NCBI GenBank assembly: GCA_030390025.1
Contig: CM059431.1
Location: 154,816,001 to 154,880,000, forward strand
Reading direction: 5' to 3'
Source: Squalus acanthias
Taxonomy: Eukaryota
Length of the DNA stretch: 64,000 bases
Within the stretch, counting starts at the first letter, position 1. Every line of letters begins with the position of its first letter. Shown here piece after piece: positions 25,023-37,010 of the stretch. The notes beneath the pieces are model-generated. The model was not told the origin of the DNA. It ran no database searches and was given only the letters and a program-made list of their open reading frames with translations. The translations under genes were made by a program, and so were the position numbers.

Positions 25023-27684
25023 ATAGATAATTCCGAAGATTCTCCCACCTCTGAGCGAAGAAATTCCTTCTCATCTCAGTCCTGATTGGCCTACCCTTTA
25101 GCCTGAGGCTGTGGCCCCCCTTCTAGACTCCCCAGCCAAGGGAAACATTCTCCCAGCATCCACCCTATCAAGCCCAGTAACAATTTTGTATGCTTCAATG
25201 AGATCCCCTCTCATTGCTCTATTTCAAGAAAATAAATGCCTTGTTTACTCAATCTCTTCTCATACGAACGTCCCGCGATCCCAGTTATCAATCTCGTGAA
25301 TCTTCGTTGCACTCCCTCTATGGCAACTATATCCTTCCTTAGGTAAGGATACCAAAATTGTACACAGTACTCCAGTTGTGGTCTCACCAAGGCTCCATAT
25401 AACTGGAGTAAGACTTATTTAATCCTATACTCAAATCCTCTTGTAATGAAGGCCAGCAGACCATTTGCCGTCCCAATGGCTTGCTGCACCTGCACAATCA
25501 TATTCAGTGACGCATACTCTGCCTTTCTCTTTTTTCTACCAAAGTGGATAAATTCACATTTATCCACATTATATTCCATCTGCCATGTTCTCGCCCATTC
25601 ACTGAGCCTGTCGAGAATCTCTTGAAGCCTCTTCACATACTCTTCGCAACTGACGCTGTCACCTAGCTTTGTATCATCAGCAATTTTGAAAATGATACAT
25701 TTAGTCCCCTCATCCAAATCATTGATATAGTTTGTGAATAGCTGGTGCCCAAGCATCGATCCTTGTAGTCCCACTCTTGTCACTGTCTGCCATCTTGAAA
25801 ATACGCATTTATCCCCGCGCTTTGATTTCGGTGTTTTATCCAATTCTCAATACATGCTAGTATATTAGACCCAATTCCATATGCCCTAATTTTGTTCAAC
25901 AACCTCTTGGGTGGGACCTTATCGAAGGCCTTATAAAAATCCAACGACACCACATCTACCGGGTCCCCTTTGTCTACTCCACTAGATACCTCCCTAAAGA
26001 ACTCTAATAGGTTTGTTAAACAGGATGTCCCTTTCATAAATCCATGTTGACTCTGCCCAATCTTGATATTAGTTTCTAAGTGCCCAGTTATTGCATCCTT
26101 TATAATAGTTTCCAGAATTACCCAACTACTGATGTGAGGCTAACAGATCTGTAGTCCCCGTTTTCGCTCTCCCTCCTTTTTTAAATAGCGGGGTTACATT
26201 TGATATCCTCCAATCTGCAGGAACCATTGCAGAATTTATAGAATTTTGGAAGATGACAACCAATGTGTCCAGTATCCCAATGGCCTCCTCTTTCAAAACG
26301 CTAGGATGTAGGTCATCCGTTCCTTGGGATTTATCGACATTTAGTCCCATTAATTTTGCTAGAACTGTTTTTGTTTACTAATAATAATTTCTTTAAGTTT
26401 CTCATTCTCGCCATACCCTTGGTTTTCTTGTATTTCTGGGAGGTTTGTTGTGTCTTCCTCCATGAAGACAGAAACAAAGTATTTATTTAATTTCCCTGCC
26501 TTTTCCTCATTCACCATTATAAATTATCCCGTCTCTGACAGTAAAGGATCTAGATTTAAGTCGCCTGTCTTTTCCTTTCCATATACCCATAGAAGATTTT
26601 ACAATCCGTTTTTATATTTTCCGCTAGTTTTTGCTCATATTCCATTTTCCCTTTCTTTATCAATTTCTGTATCCCCTTTGCTGATTTCTAGAAAGATCAC
26701 AATCCTCAGACTGACCGTTTTTTCTGGCAACTTTATAAGCTTCCTCCTTTGACTTCATACTAGCTTTAATTTATTTTGTTAATCATGGTTGGATAATTTT
26801 TCCTTTTGGGTTTTTATGCCCTAGATGAATATATGTTTGTAGCAAATTATGAATAATTTCCTTGAATGTTTGCAATTGCATGTCTATATTCATGCCTTTT
26901 AGTGTAGTCTCCCAATCTAACATGGCCAACTTGTCCCTCATAACCTTTTAGTTTCCACTGTTTAGATTGAAGACCATAGTTTCAGATTGGAAGACATAAT
27001 TCTCAAACTTAATGCAAAATTCAATCATATTATGGTCACTTGTCCCTAAAGGCCCATTTACCACAATAATATTGATTAGCCCATTCTCATTACACAGTAC
27101 CACATCCAGAATAGCCTGTTCCCTGTTTGGTTCCTCCACATACTCATTCAGGAAAACATCTCGCATGCATTCCAAGATTCCGTCCTCCACATCATTAGTG
27201 GTAATTTCATTAACCCAATCAATATGTAGATTAAAGTCCCCCATGATTACCGTATTGCCCATGTTACATGCACTTCTAAATTCTTGATAGATACTGTGCC
27301 CTACATTACCATTAATATTTGATGGCCTATAGACAACTCCCACCAATGTTTTCCGCCCTTTGCTGTTTCTTAGCTCCACCCAAACTGATTCCAGTTCTAC
27401 ATCACGATCTGCCAAGCCAAGATCTTTATCTCTACCATACCGATCTCATCCCTTATTAACAACGCTACGCCACCTCCTTTTCCTTTTTGTCTGTCCTTCC
27501 TAAATGTAGAGTACCCTGGAACATTCAGTTCCCAGCTTTGGTTACCCTGCAACCATGTCTCTTTAATGGCCATTACAACATACCTATTTACTTCTATTAG
27601 TGCCATTCATTCATCCACCTTGTTGTGAATGCTACGTGCATTTAGATAAAGTGCCTTCAACTTTGCCTTTTTAATATTTTTTTC

Positions 27685-28305
27685 TGAATCACCGTACAGA
27701 ACTAGTGGATACCTGATACACACTGAATCACAATAGATATCTGGTTAAATCATGAAACACTATGAAACCCCATAAATCACTGACATGAACCCAACACACT
27801 GTAAAGCCTCATACATACTTGGCAGGGTCCGATAGAATATGAAACTCCATACATAACTGGCAGAATCCTGATACACGGTAAAACCCCATTCATATCTCGC
27901 AGGTACATGATACGTTTTGAAAATCCGTGCACACCTGGCAGGACCCGGAAATAATGAAAAGCACAATACATAAATTGCGGGATGCTGTTATACTGTGAAA
28001 CACCATACACGCCAGGCGGTATCTCAAAATATTGTGAAACCGCATGCCTGGCAGGATCCTTATACACTGTTCAGCCCACAGATACCTTGCAGGACCATGA
28101 TATACTTTGAAATCCCAGACACACTTGTTAGGATCCTGTTACACTTTGAAATCCAATACACTCTTAGTAAGATCCTGATACAATTTGAAACCACATACAT
28201 ACGTGGCAGGATTTGAACCCACATAGATACCTGCTGGATCTTGATATATTGTTTAACCCTAGACGCACCTGCCAGGATCCTGATACAAAGTGGAACCAAA
28301 TATAC
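27685..28305 (+). repeat. 39-bp minisatellite, block 4
   Basis: ctggcaggatcct...tacact.tgaaa units in the same orientation as the other blocks. Confidence 0.8.
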
Positions 28306-30283
28306 ATAACAACATAAGAAATAGGATCAGGAATAGGCCACTTGACCGCTCGAGCATGCTCCGTCATTCAATAAGATCATGGCTGATCATGGGCTCAATG
28401 CCATTTCCCAGCCCACTTCCCATAACCCTTCACTCCCTTATCTTGCAAAAATGTGTCTATCTCCAACTTAAATGTATTTAATGACCCAGCCTCCACAGAT
28501 CTCTGGGACAGAGAATTCCAGAGATTTCTGACGCTCTGAGAGAAGAAATTCCTCCTCATCTCATTTCTAAAAGGGCGACCCTTTATTCAAAAATGTTGCC
28601 CCGGAGTTCTAGATTCCCCCACGAGGGAAAACATCCTCTCTGCAGCTACCTTGTCGAGCCCCCTCATTATCTTATATGTTTCAGTAAGATTACCTCTCTT
28701 TCTTCTGAATTCCAATGAGTATAGGAACAGCGTGCTCAACCTATTCGCATAAGTCAACCTCCTCATCTCTGGAATTAACCTAGTGAATCGTCTCTGAACT
28801 GCCTCCAAATCAAGTATATCCTTCCTGAAATAAGGATACCAAAACTGTACTCAGTTCTCAAGGTGAGGTTCCACCAATAACCTGTACAGTTGCAGCAGGC
28901 CATCCCTGCCGTTATACTCCAACCCCCTTGAAATAAAGGCCAACATTCAATTTGCTTTTTGATTACTTGCTGTACCTGCATGCTAACTTTTTCTGTTGCA
29001 TGGACAAGGAGCCCCAGGTCCCTCTGAACTGTAGCATTTTATAATCTCTCTCCTTTTAAATAGCAGTTTGCTTTTTTATTTTTCCTGCCAAAGTGAATAA
29101 CCTCGCACTGTCCCACATTATACTTCATCTGCCAAATGTTTGCCCACTCACCTAGCCTGTTTATATCATTTTGCAGATGTTTTGAGTCATCTGCAACACT
29201 TGCTTTCCCACCTATCCTTGTATAATCCGCAAACTTATCTACATTACACTCGGTCCCTTCATCCAATCATTAATGTAGATTTTAAATAGTTTAGGACTCA
29301 GCACCGATCCCTGTGGCACCCCATTATTTACCGTTTGCAACCGGAAAATTACCTATTTATCCCGACTCTGCTTTCGTTCACTATCCATGCTAATACATTA
29401 CCCCCCAAATCCGTTAGCTCTTATCTTATGCAGTGACCTTTTATGTGGCACCATCTAGAATGACTTCTGGAAATCCAAATACACCACATCCACTGGCTCA
29501 TCTTTGTCCACCCTGCACGTTACATCCTCAAAAACTCCCAGCAAATTTGTTACACATGATTTCCCTTTCATAAAACAATGCTGACTCTGCTTGCCTGCAT
29601 TATGATTTTCCAAAAGACCTGCAACTGCTTTCTTAATGAAGCACTCCAGCATTTTCACAACGACAGATGTTAGGCTAACTGGTCTATAGTTTCCTGCTTT
29701 CTTTCTCCTTCCTTTCTTAAATAGGGATGTTACCTTTGCTTTTCTCCAATCCGCTGGGACCTCTCCAGAGTCCAGGGAATTTTGGTATATTGCAACCAAT
29801 CCATCCACTATCTCTGCAGCCACTACTTTTAAGACCCTAGGATGCAGGCCATCTGTTCCATGTTACTTGTCGTCTTTTAGTCCCATTATTTTATCAAGAA
29901 CTATTTCCTTAATAATAGTGATTATCTTTAGTTCCCCCTTCCCTATGGTCCTTTGATTATCCATTATTGGGATATTGTTAGTGTCTTCTACCGTGAAGAC
30001 GGATACAGAATATTTGTTCAGAGTCTCTGACATTTTCCTGTTACCCATTATTAGTTCCCCAGTCTCATCCTAAGGGACCAACGTTTACTTTAGCTACTTT
30101 CTTCCTTATTATATACATGTAGAAGTTCTTACTATCTGTTTTAATATTTCTTGCAAGTTTAAACTCATAATTCATCTTCTCACTCTTTATTAATTTCTTA
30201 GTCATCCTTTGCTGGTTTTTTAAAAATTCCCAATCGTCTGGCCTCCCCCCAATCTTGGCAACATTGTCTGCATTCGTTTTCAT

Positions 30284-31514
30284 TCTAACAGAAAGCAAAG
30301 AGTTGGGATAAATGGTTCATTCTCAGACTGGCAATCAGTAACTAGTGGTGTTCCACAGGGGTCAGTGCTGGGTCCCCAACTCTTCACAATCTATATTAAC
30401 GATTTGGAGGAAGGGACCAAGTGTAACATATCAAAATTTGCAGATGATACAAAGATGGGAGGGAAAGTAGTGAGTGAGGAGGACATAAAAAACCTGCAAG
30501 GGGACATAGACAGGCTAAGTAAGTGGGCAGAGATTTGGCAGATGGAATACAACACTGCAAAGTGTGAGGTGATGCACTTTGGCAGGAAAAATCCTAGAGC
30601 AATTTATTATCTTAATGGCAAGAAACTGGAGAGTACTGAAGTGCAAAGGGATCTGGGGGTCCTGGTGCACGAAACTCAAAAGGTTAGTATGCAGGTGCAG
30701 CAAGTGATTAAGAAGGCAAATGGAATGTTGGCTTTCATTGCTAGGGGGATAGAATATAAAAATAGGGAGGTATTGCTTCAGTTGTACAAGGTATTGGTGA
30801 GACCGCACCTGGAATACTGCATACAGTTTTGGTGTCCTTACTTAAGGAAAGACATCCTTGCTCTCGAGGCAGTGCAAAAAAGGTTCACTCGGTTAATCCC
30901 GGGGATGAGGGGGTGGTCATATGAGGAGAGGTTGGGTAGATTGGGACTCTACTCATTGGAGTTCAGAAGAATGAGAGGCGATCTTATTGAAACATATAAG
31001 ATTGTGAAGGGGTTGGATCGGGTGGATGCGGGGAGGATGTTCCCGATGACGGGTGAGACGAGAACTAGGGGACATAGTCTTAGAATAAGGGGCTGCTCTT
31101 TCAAAACTGAGATGAGGAGGAACTACTTCACTCAGAGGGTGGTAGGTCCATGGAATATGCTGCCACAAAAAGCTGTAGAAGCTACAACATTAATTAAATT
31201 TTAAACAGAAATAGACAGTTTCCTGGAAGTAAATGGCATTAAGGGTTACGGGGAGCGGGCAGGAATTTGGACATGAGTCTAGGTTCGGATCGGTCATGGC
31301 CCTGTGGGTAGTGGAGCGGGCCCAGGGACTGTGTAGCCTGATTCTGCTCCTATTTCGTGTGTGCAATTCTGTTAGATGCAGGAGATGGTTCTGTGATAGA
31401 TAGTAGATTGGCGGTTAGGATCAGATCAGCCATGATCTTATTGAATGGCGGAGCAGGCTCGAGGGGCCGATTGGCCTACTCCTGCTCCTATTTCTTATGT
31501 TCTTATGTTCTTAT
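30284..31514 (+). mobile_element. Young 5'-truncated CR1, same family as 19479-25022, inverted
   Basis: The 279-aa ORF 30365-31204 is near-identical to the minus-strand ORFs at 19711-20700, and it carries the same composite 3' UTR. Confidence 0.92.
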
Positions 31515-31906
31515 TTTGATACCATCCTTTACTTCCTTAGTTAGCCACGGGTGGTACTCCCTTCTCTTGAAATCTTTCTTTCTCAATGGAATATATATTT
31601 TTTGTGAGTTATGAAATATCTCCTTAAATGTCCGAAACTCCAGTTCAACTGTCTTAAACTTTAGTTTATTTTTCCAGTCCATTTTATCCAGTTATGCCCT
31701 CTTCCTATTGTCATTGCCATTGTTTAAGATCAGGACACTGGTTTGAGATACATCATCTCATCCTCCAACTGAATTTGAAATTCAACCATGCTATGATCAC
31801 TCTTTCCTAGAGGATCCTTTATTATGAGATCATTTATTAATTCTGTTTCATTACGCAGTTATACATCCAAGAATGCCTGCTTTCTGTATGGTTCCATTAC
31901 ATACTA

Positions 31907-33343
31907 TAGAAGCATAGAAGCATAGAAGATAGGAGCAGGAGTAGGCCATTCGGCCCCTCGAGCCTGCTCCGCCATTTAATGAGACCATGGCTGATCATCC
32001 AAATTCAGTACCCTCTACCTGCCTTCTCCCCATATCCCTTGATACCTTTAGCTTTATGAAATATATCTAACTCATTCTTGAATAAATTTAATGACTTGGC
32101 CTCAACTACCTACTGTGGTAGAGAATTCCACAGGTTCACACTCTCTGGGTGAAGAAATTCCTCCTCATCTCAGTCCTAAATGGCTTACCCCTTATGCTTA
32201 GACTGTGACCTCTGGTTCTGGACTCCCACGCCATCGGGAGCATCGTTCCTACATCTAGTCTGTCTAGTCCTGTTAGAATTTTATAAGTTTCAATGAGACC
32301 CCTCGCATTCTTCGAAACTCTAGCGAATATAAGCCTAATCGACCTAATCTCTCTTTATACTTCATTCCTGTCATCCAAGGTATCAGTCTGGTAAATCTTC
32401 GCTGCACTCCCTCCATGGCAAGAACATCCTTCCTCAGATAAGGCTACCAAAACTGCACACAATACTCAAGGTGTTGTTTCACCAAGGCTTGGTACAACTG
32501 CAGCAAGACATCCTTGCTCCTATACTCGAATCCTCTCGCTATGAAGGACAACATATCATTTGCCTTCTTAACTGCCTGCTGCACCTGTATGCTTACCTTC
32601 AGCGACTGGTGCACAAGGACTCCCTGATCACGTTGCACTTTCCATTTTAACAATCTATTGCCGTTCAGATAATAATCTGTCTTCCTGTTTTTGCCACCAA
32701 AGTGGCTAACCTCGCATTTATCCACATTATACTGCATCTGCCATGCATCTGCCAAATCAACCAAACTTTCCAAATCATACTGGAGTTTCTCTGCATCCTC
32801 CTCACAGCACATACGTCCACCCAGCTTTGTGTCGTCTGCAAACTTGGAGATATTACATCTAGTTCCCTCGTCTAGATCATTAATATATATTGTGAATAGC
32901 TGGGATCACAGAACCGATCCCTGCGGTACCCCACTAGTTACTGCCTGCCGCTCGGAAAAAGACCCGTTTATTCCAACTCTTTGCTTCCTGTCTGCCAACT
33001 AGTTCTCTATCGAAAACAGTACCTTACACCCAATCCCTTGTGCTTTAACTTTGCACGCTAATCTCTTATGTGGGACCATATCGAAAGCCTTCTGAAAGTC
33101 CAAATACACCACATCCACTGGTTCTCCGTTATCTAATCTACCAGTTACATCCTCAAAAAATTCCAGTTGATTAGTCAGGCATGATTTACCTTTTGTAAAT
33201 CCATGTTGACTTTGTCCGATCCTGTCACTGTTTTCCAAGTGCTCTGTTATTACATCTTTTATAATGGACTCCAGCATTTTGCCCACAACCGATGTCAGGC
33301 TTACCGGTCTATAATTCGTCGTTTTTTCTCTACCACCTTTTTC
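31907..33343 (-). mobile_element. 5'-truncated CR1 with (cttctatg)n tail
   Basis: RT ORF fragments 32444-33286; ACTAT present at both junctions; same subfamily as 59896-63005. Confidence 0.85.
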
Positions 33344-33419
33344 ACTATTCTCGGAAACTATCCTGGATGCACTCTATGAACTTCTCCTCAAGGCTACCAT
33401 GGCCAATTTCTTTCAGCTT

Positions 33420-33730
33420 GTAGATACCTGATATGATACCGACAAAATGTAAAGCCTATACATTCCTGAAAGCATTCCAATTCGCTTTAAAAAGCCAGAT
33501 GCACCTGTCCAATTCCGATATACAATGAAACTGCATATGTACCTTGCAGGATCCTGGTGTACCTTGTAACCCCATACTCACCTGGCATATCCCGAAATAT
33601 TGTGAAACCGCATGCACCCTTTGCATAGTCCTGATGTACTTTGAAACCCCATACACACCTGGCAGGTTCCTGATACACTGTGAAACCCTATAAACACCTT
33701 GTATGATCGCAATACACTGTGAAATATAAC
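33420..33730 (+). repeat. 39-bp minisatellite, block 5
   Basis: ccccatacacacctggcaggttcctgatacactgtgaaacc units. Confidence 0.8.
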
Positions 33731-33938
33731 ATAGCCTTAGATAGGATTGCATAGATATACAGCATAGAAACAGACCATTCCTTCCAACCAGTCCTTACCG
33801 GCGTTCATGCTCCACACACCGCCTCCCGGCTTTCCTCATCTAAATATATCAGCTTAATCCTCTATTCCCTTCTCCCTCATATGCTTGTCTAGCCTACCCG
33901 TAAATGCATCTGTACTATTTGCTTCAACCACTCCCAGT

Positions 33939-36900
33939 GTGATGGAACCAACAAGGAAACAGGCTATTTTAGATCTTGTATTTTTTAAGGAGACAGGGCT
34001 AATTAGCAATATCAAGGAATTTCACGTTAATTTTGTTTGTGACTTGCTTAAGTCCGAAACTACAGACTTAAACTTAAATAAAGCCAATTACATAGGTATG
34101 AGAGCGAGTTGGCTGAGGCAGATTGCAAAAATACAATCAACGTATGGTAGTAGATAAGCAGTGGCTCGCATTTAAAGAAATCGGTCATAATACGCAACGT
34201 AAATATATTCCGTTGAGACAAATAATTCTAAGGGAAAAGTGATTCAATCGTGGCTAACTAAATAAATTAAGGACAGCATTAGATTGGAAGGATAAGCTTA
34301 TAGTGTGGCGAAGAATTGACTGAGGATTGGGAGAGTTTCAGAAACCAGCAAAGGTTGACCATAAAATCGATAAAAGTGAAAACATAGAAAATGAGAGTAA
34401 ACTAGCAAGAAATATAAAAGAAGATTGTAAGAGTTTCTACAAGTATGTAAAAAAGAAAAGAGTAGCAAAAGTAAACCTTGGTGCCTTAGAGGGTTAGACA
34501 GGAGCAATTATTATGGGAAATAAGGAAATGGCAGAAATTTTTAACACATATTTTTTGTCTGTCTTCAAAGTAGAAGACACAAAAAGCTTACCAAAAATGC
34601 TGAAGAACCAAGGGTCTAATGAGGATGACGAACTTAACGTAACTAATATAAGTAGAGAAACAGTACGAGAGAAACTAATGGGACAAAAAGCCGACAAATC
34701 CCCTGGACCTGACGGCCTACATCCTAGGGTTCGAAAAGATTTGGCTGAAGAAATAGTGGATGCATTGTTTTTGTTCTTCCAAAATTCCCTCAATTCTGGA
34801 TTGGTCACAGCGGATTGGAAGGTCGCAAATGTAACACCGCTATTCAAGAAAGGAGGGAGAGAAACAACAGGGAACTACATGCCAGTTAGCCTGAGATCAG
34901 TCGTCGGGAAAATGCTGCAATCCATTGTTAAGGAAGTGGTTTCAAGTCACTTAGAAAATCATAACATGATTAGGCAGAGTCAACATGGTGTTCTGAAAGG
35001 GAATTCGTGTTTAACAAATTTATTACAGATTTTTGAGGATGTAACTAGCAGGGTAGATAAAGGGGAACCAGTTGATGTGGTATATTTGGATTTCTAAAAG
35101 GCATTCGATGAAGTGCCACATAAAAGGTTATTACACAAGATTAGGGCGCATGGTATTGGGGTAATAAATTAGCATGGATAGAGGATTGGTTAACGGACAG
35201 AAAACAGAGAGTAGGGATAAGCAGACCGTTTTCAGGTTGGCAGGCTGTAACTAGTGGGGTGCTGGAAGTATCTGTGTTGGGGCTTCAGCTATTTACAGTC
35301 AATATTAATGATCAAGTTGAAGGGACCGCGTGTAATGCATCCAAGTTTGCTGATGACACAAAGCTAGTTGGGACAGTAAGCTGTGAGGTGAACACAACGA
35401 ATCTGCAAAGTGATATAGATATACTGAATGAGTGTTCAGTAAGTTGGCAGATTCAGTATAATGTAGGGAAATGTGAGATTATTCACTTGGGTAGGAAGAT
35501 TAGAAAAACACAATGGCCCAGAAATTAATGACAGAGCCTTCGTGCGGGGCTAAGGCTTCCCCGCGATATCTCACTGCGCGCCTGCCTTTTCATTCCGAGC
35601 TCGCACGAACTTGATTTTCTAGACAGCAGCTATGCAGTGCTTCCGTATCCCACAGGCGCAGTTAATTTGTGTGAACTGTGGGATCACGTGATTCAGTTAC
35701 AGCCAATGGCAGCACACCATCTTTCATTCATAGTTTTCAGAGCAAGGGCTGTGAAGGCTATGAATCTATACCCCCAAAAGAACAGCTAAACCTCAATTAA
35801 ATTTAAAAAAAAACCATCACATTAATAAAATAAGTATAGTTAAATAAATTAACCACTTTAAACAAAAAATTACATTTTTTAAAAAATTTAAAATCTTTTA
35901 AAATCTTATAAAAATAAACTTACCTTTCTTTAAAGTCTCTAAAAAAGATATACCTGTTGAAAAAATTTCAAAATATTACTTAATTAACTACTTACCGTGT
36001 TAAAAGAGGGTCTTAAGCCTCCTTTATTAATGTGCAAAATCTTCCATGCTTACCTGCGCGTTCAAAGCACTAAGTGCACTGCGTGCGCGCAGCCTGTAGC
36101 GCGCACGCGGTTCACTTAGGAACCGCCCCCTTTTGAAATCACCAAGTGCCGGTTTTCAGCGCATGCGCAGTGCATGCAGAAAACCGGCAATTGGAGACAG
36201 AATACGCGAGATTACACAGTGCGTACTCTCGCGTAGCAAGACTAATTTTTGGGCCAGTATCTTTTAAATGGTGAGAAGCATTCAAATGTTGGTGTTCAGA
36301 GAGATTTCGGTGTCCTCGTGCAAGGAACACAGACAGCTATCATACAGGTACAGCAAGCAATAAGGAAGGCAAATTGTATGTTGGCCTTTAGTGCAAGGGG
36401 GTTGGAGTATAACAGTGAGGAAGTCTTGCTACAATTGTACAGGGCCTTGGTGAGACCACACCTGGAGTACTGTGCATCATTTTGGTCGGCTGATCTAAGG
36501 AAGGATATACTTTACTTGGAGGCGGTGCAACGCAGGTTCACTAGATTGATTCTTGGGATGAGAGGGCTGTCCTATGATGAAAGATTGTGCAGGATGGGCC
36601 TGTACTCTCTGGAGTTTAGAAGAATGAGAGGTGATCTCATTGAAACATACAATATTCTGTAGTGGATTACATGGTAGATGCTGATAGGTTATTTCCCCTG
36701 GGTGGAGTGTCTAGGACTAGGGGGCATAGTTTCAGGATAAGACCAGTTAAGAGTGAGATGAGGAGGAATTTCTTCACTCAGAGGGTTGTGATTCTTTGGA
36801 ATTCTCTGCCCCAGAGGGCTGTGGATGCTGCGTTTTTGTGAATATTCAAGGCTGAGATAGATAGAGTTTTGGAATCTAGGTGAATCAAGGGATATGGAGA

Positions 36901-37010
36901 TCGGGCGGGAAAGTGGAGTTGAGGTCGATGATCAGCCATGTACTTATTGAATGGCGAAGCAGGCTCGAGGGGCCGTATGGCCTACTCCTGCTCTTAATTT
37001 TTATAATTTT
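33939..37010 (+). mobile_element. CR1 LINE ORF2 remnant containing a MITE
   Basis: EPTRKQAILDLV; ORFs 34513-35097, 35259-35528 and 36249-36662; CR1 3' tail at about 36930-37000. Confidence 0.85.
35515..36255 (+). mobile_element. PIF/Harbinger-type MITE, ~741 bp
   Basis: TIRs GGCCCAGAAATTA ... TAATTTTTGGGCC; flanks AAT/AGT; homologous to 9483-10225. Confidence 0.88.

Larger units (their letters stand above)
19282..27670 (-). mobile_element. CR1 LINE (ORF2 remnant), interrupted at about 19478/25023 by a younger full-length CR1
   Basis: 3' tail (cttatgtt)n at 19282. The 3' UTR resumes at 25023 (atagataattccgaagatt). RT and EN ORF fragments 25415-27606 (ADDTKL, LDFYKAFDKVP, MGDFN, SDHNMIEF). 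Confidence 0.85.
28306..33410 (-). mobile_element. CR1 LINE ORF2 remnant interrupted by two younger CR1 copies
   Basis: Tail at 28306, RT fragments 28587-30298, continuing at 31514-31905 and 33344-33410 (EN region). Confidence 0.8.

Noticed and set aside
23991..25085. Three overlapping 290-364-aa + strand ORFs
   Set aside because: All three frames are open because the GC-rich 76-bp unit lacks stops; the region is the antisense of the CR1 5' UTR.
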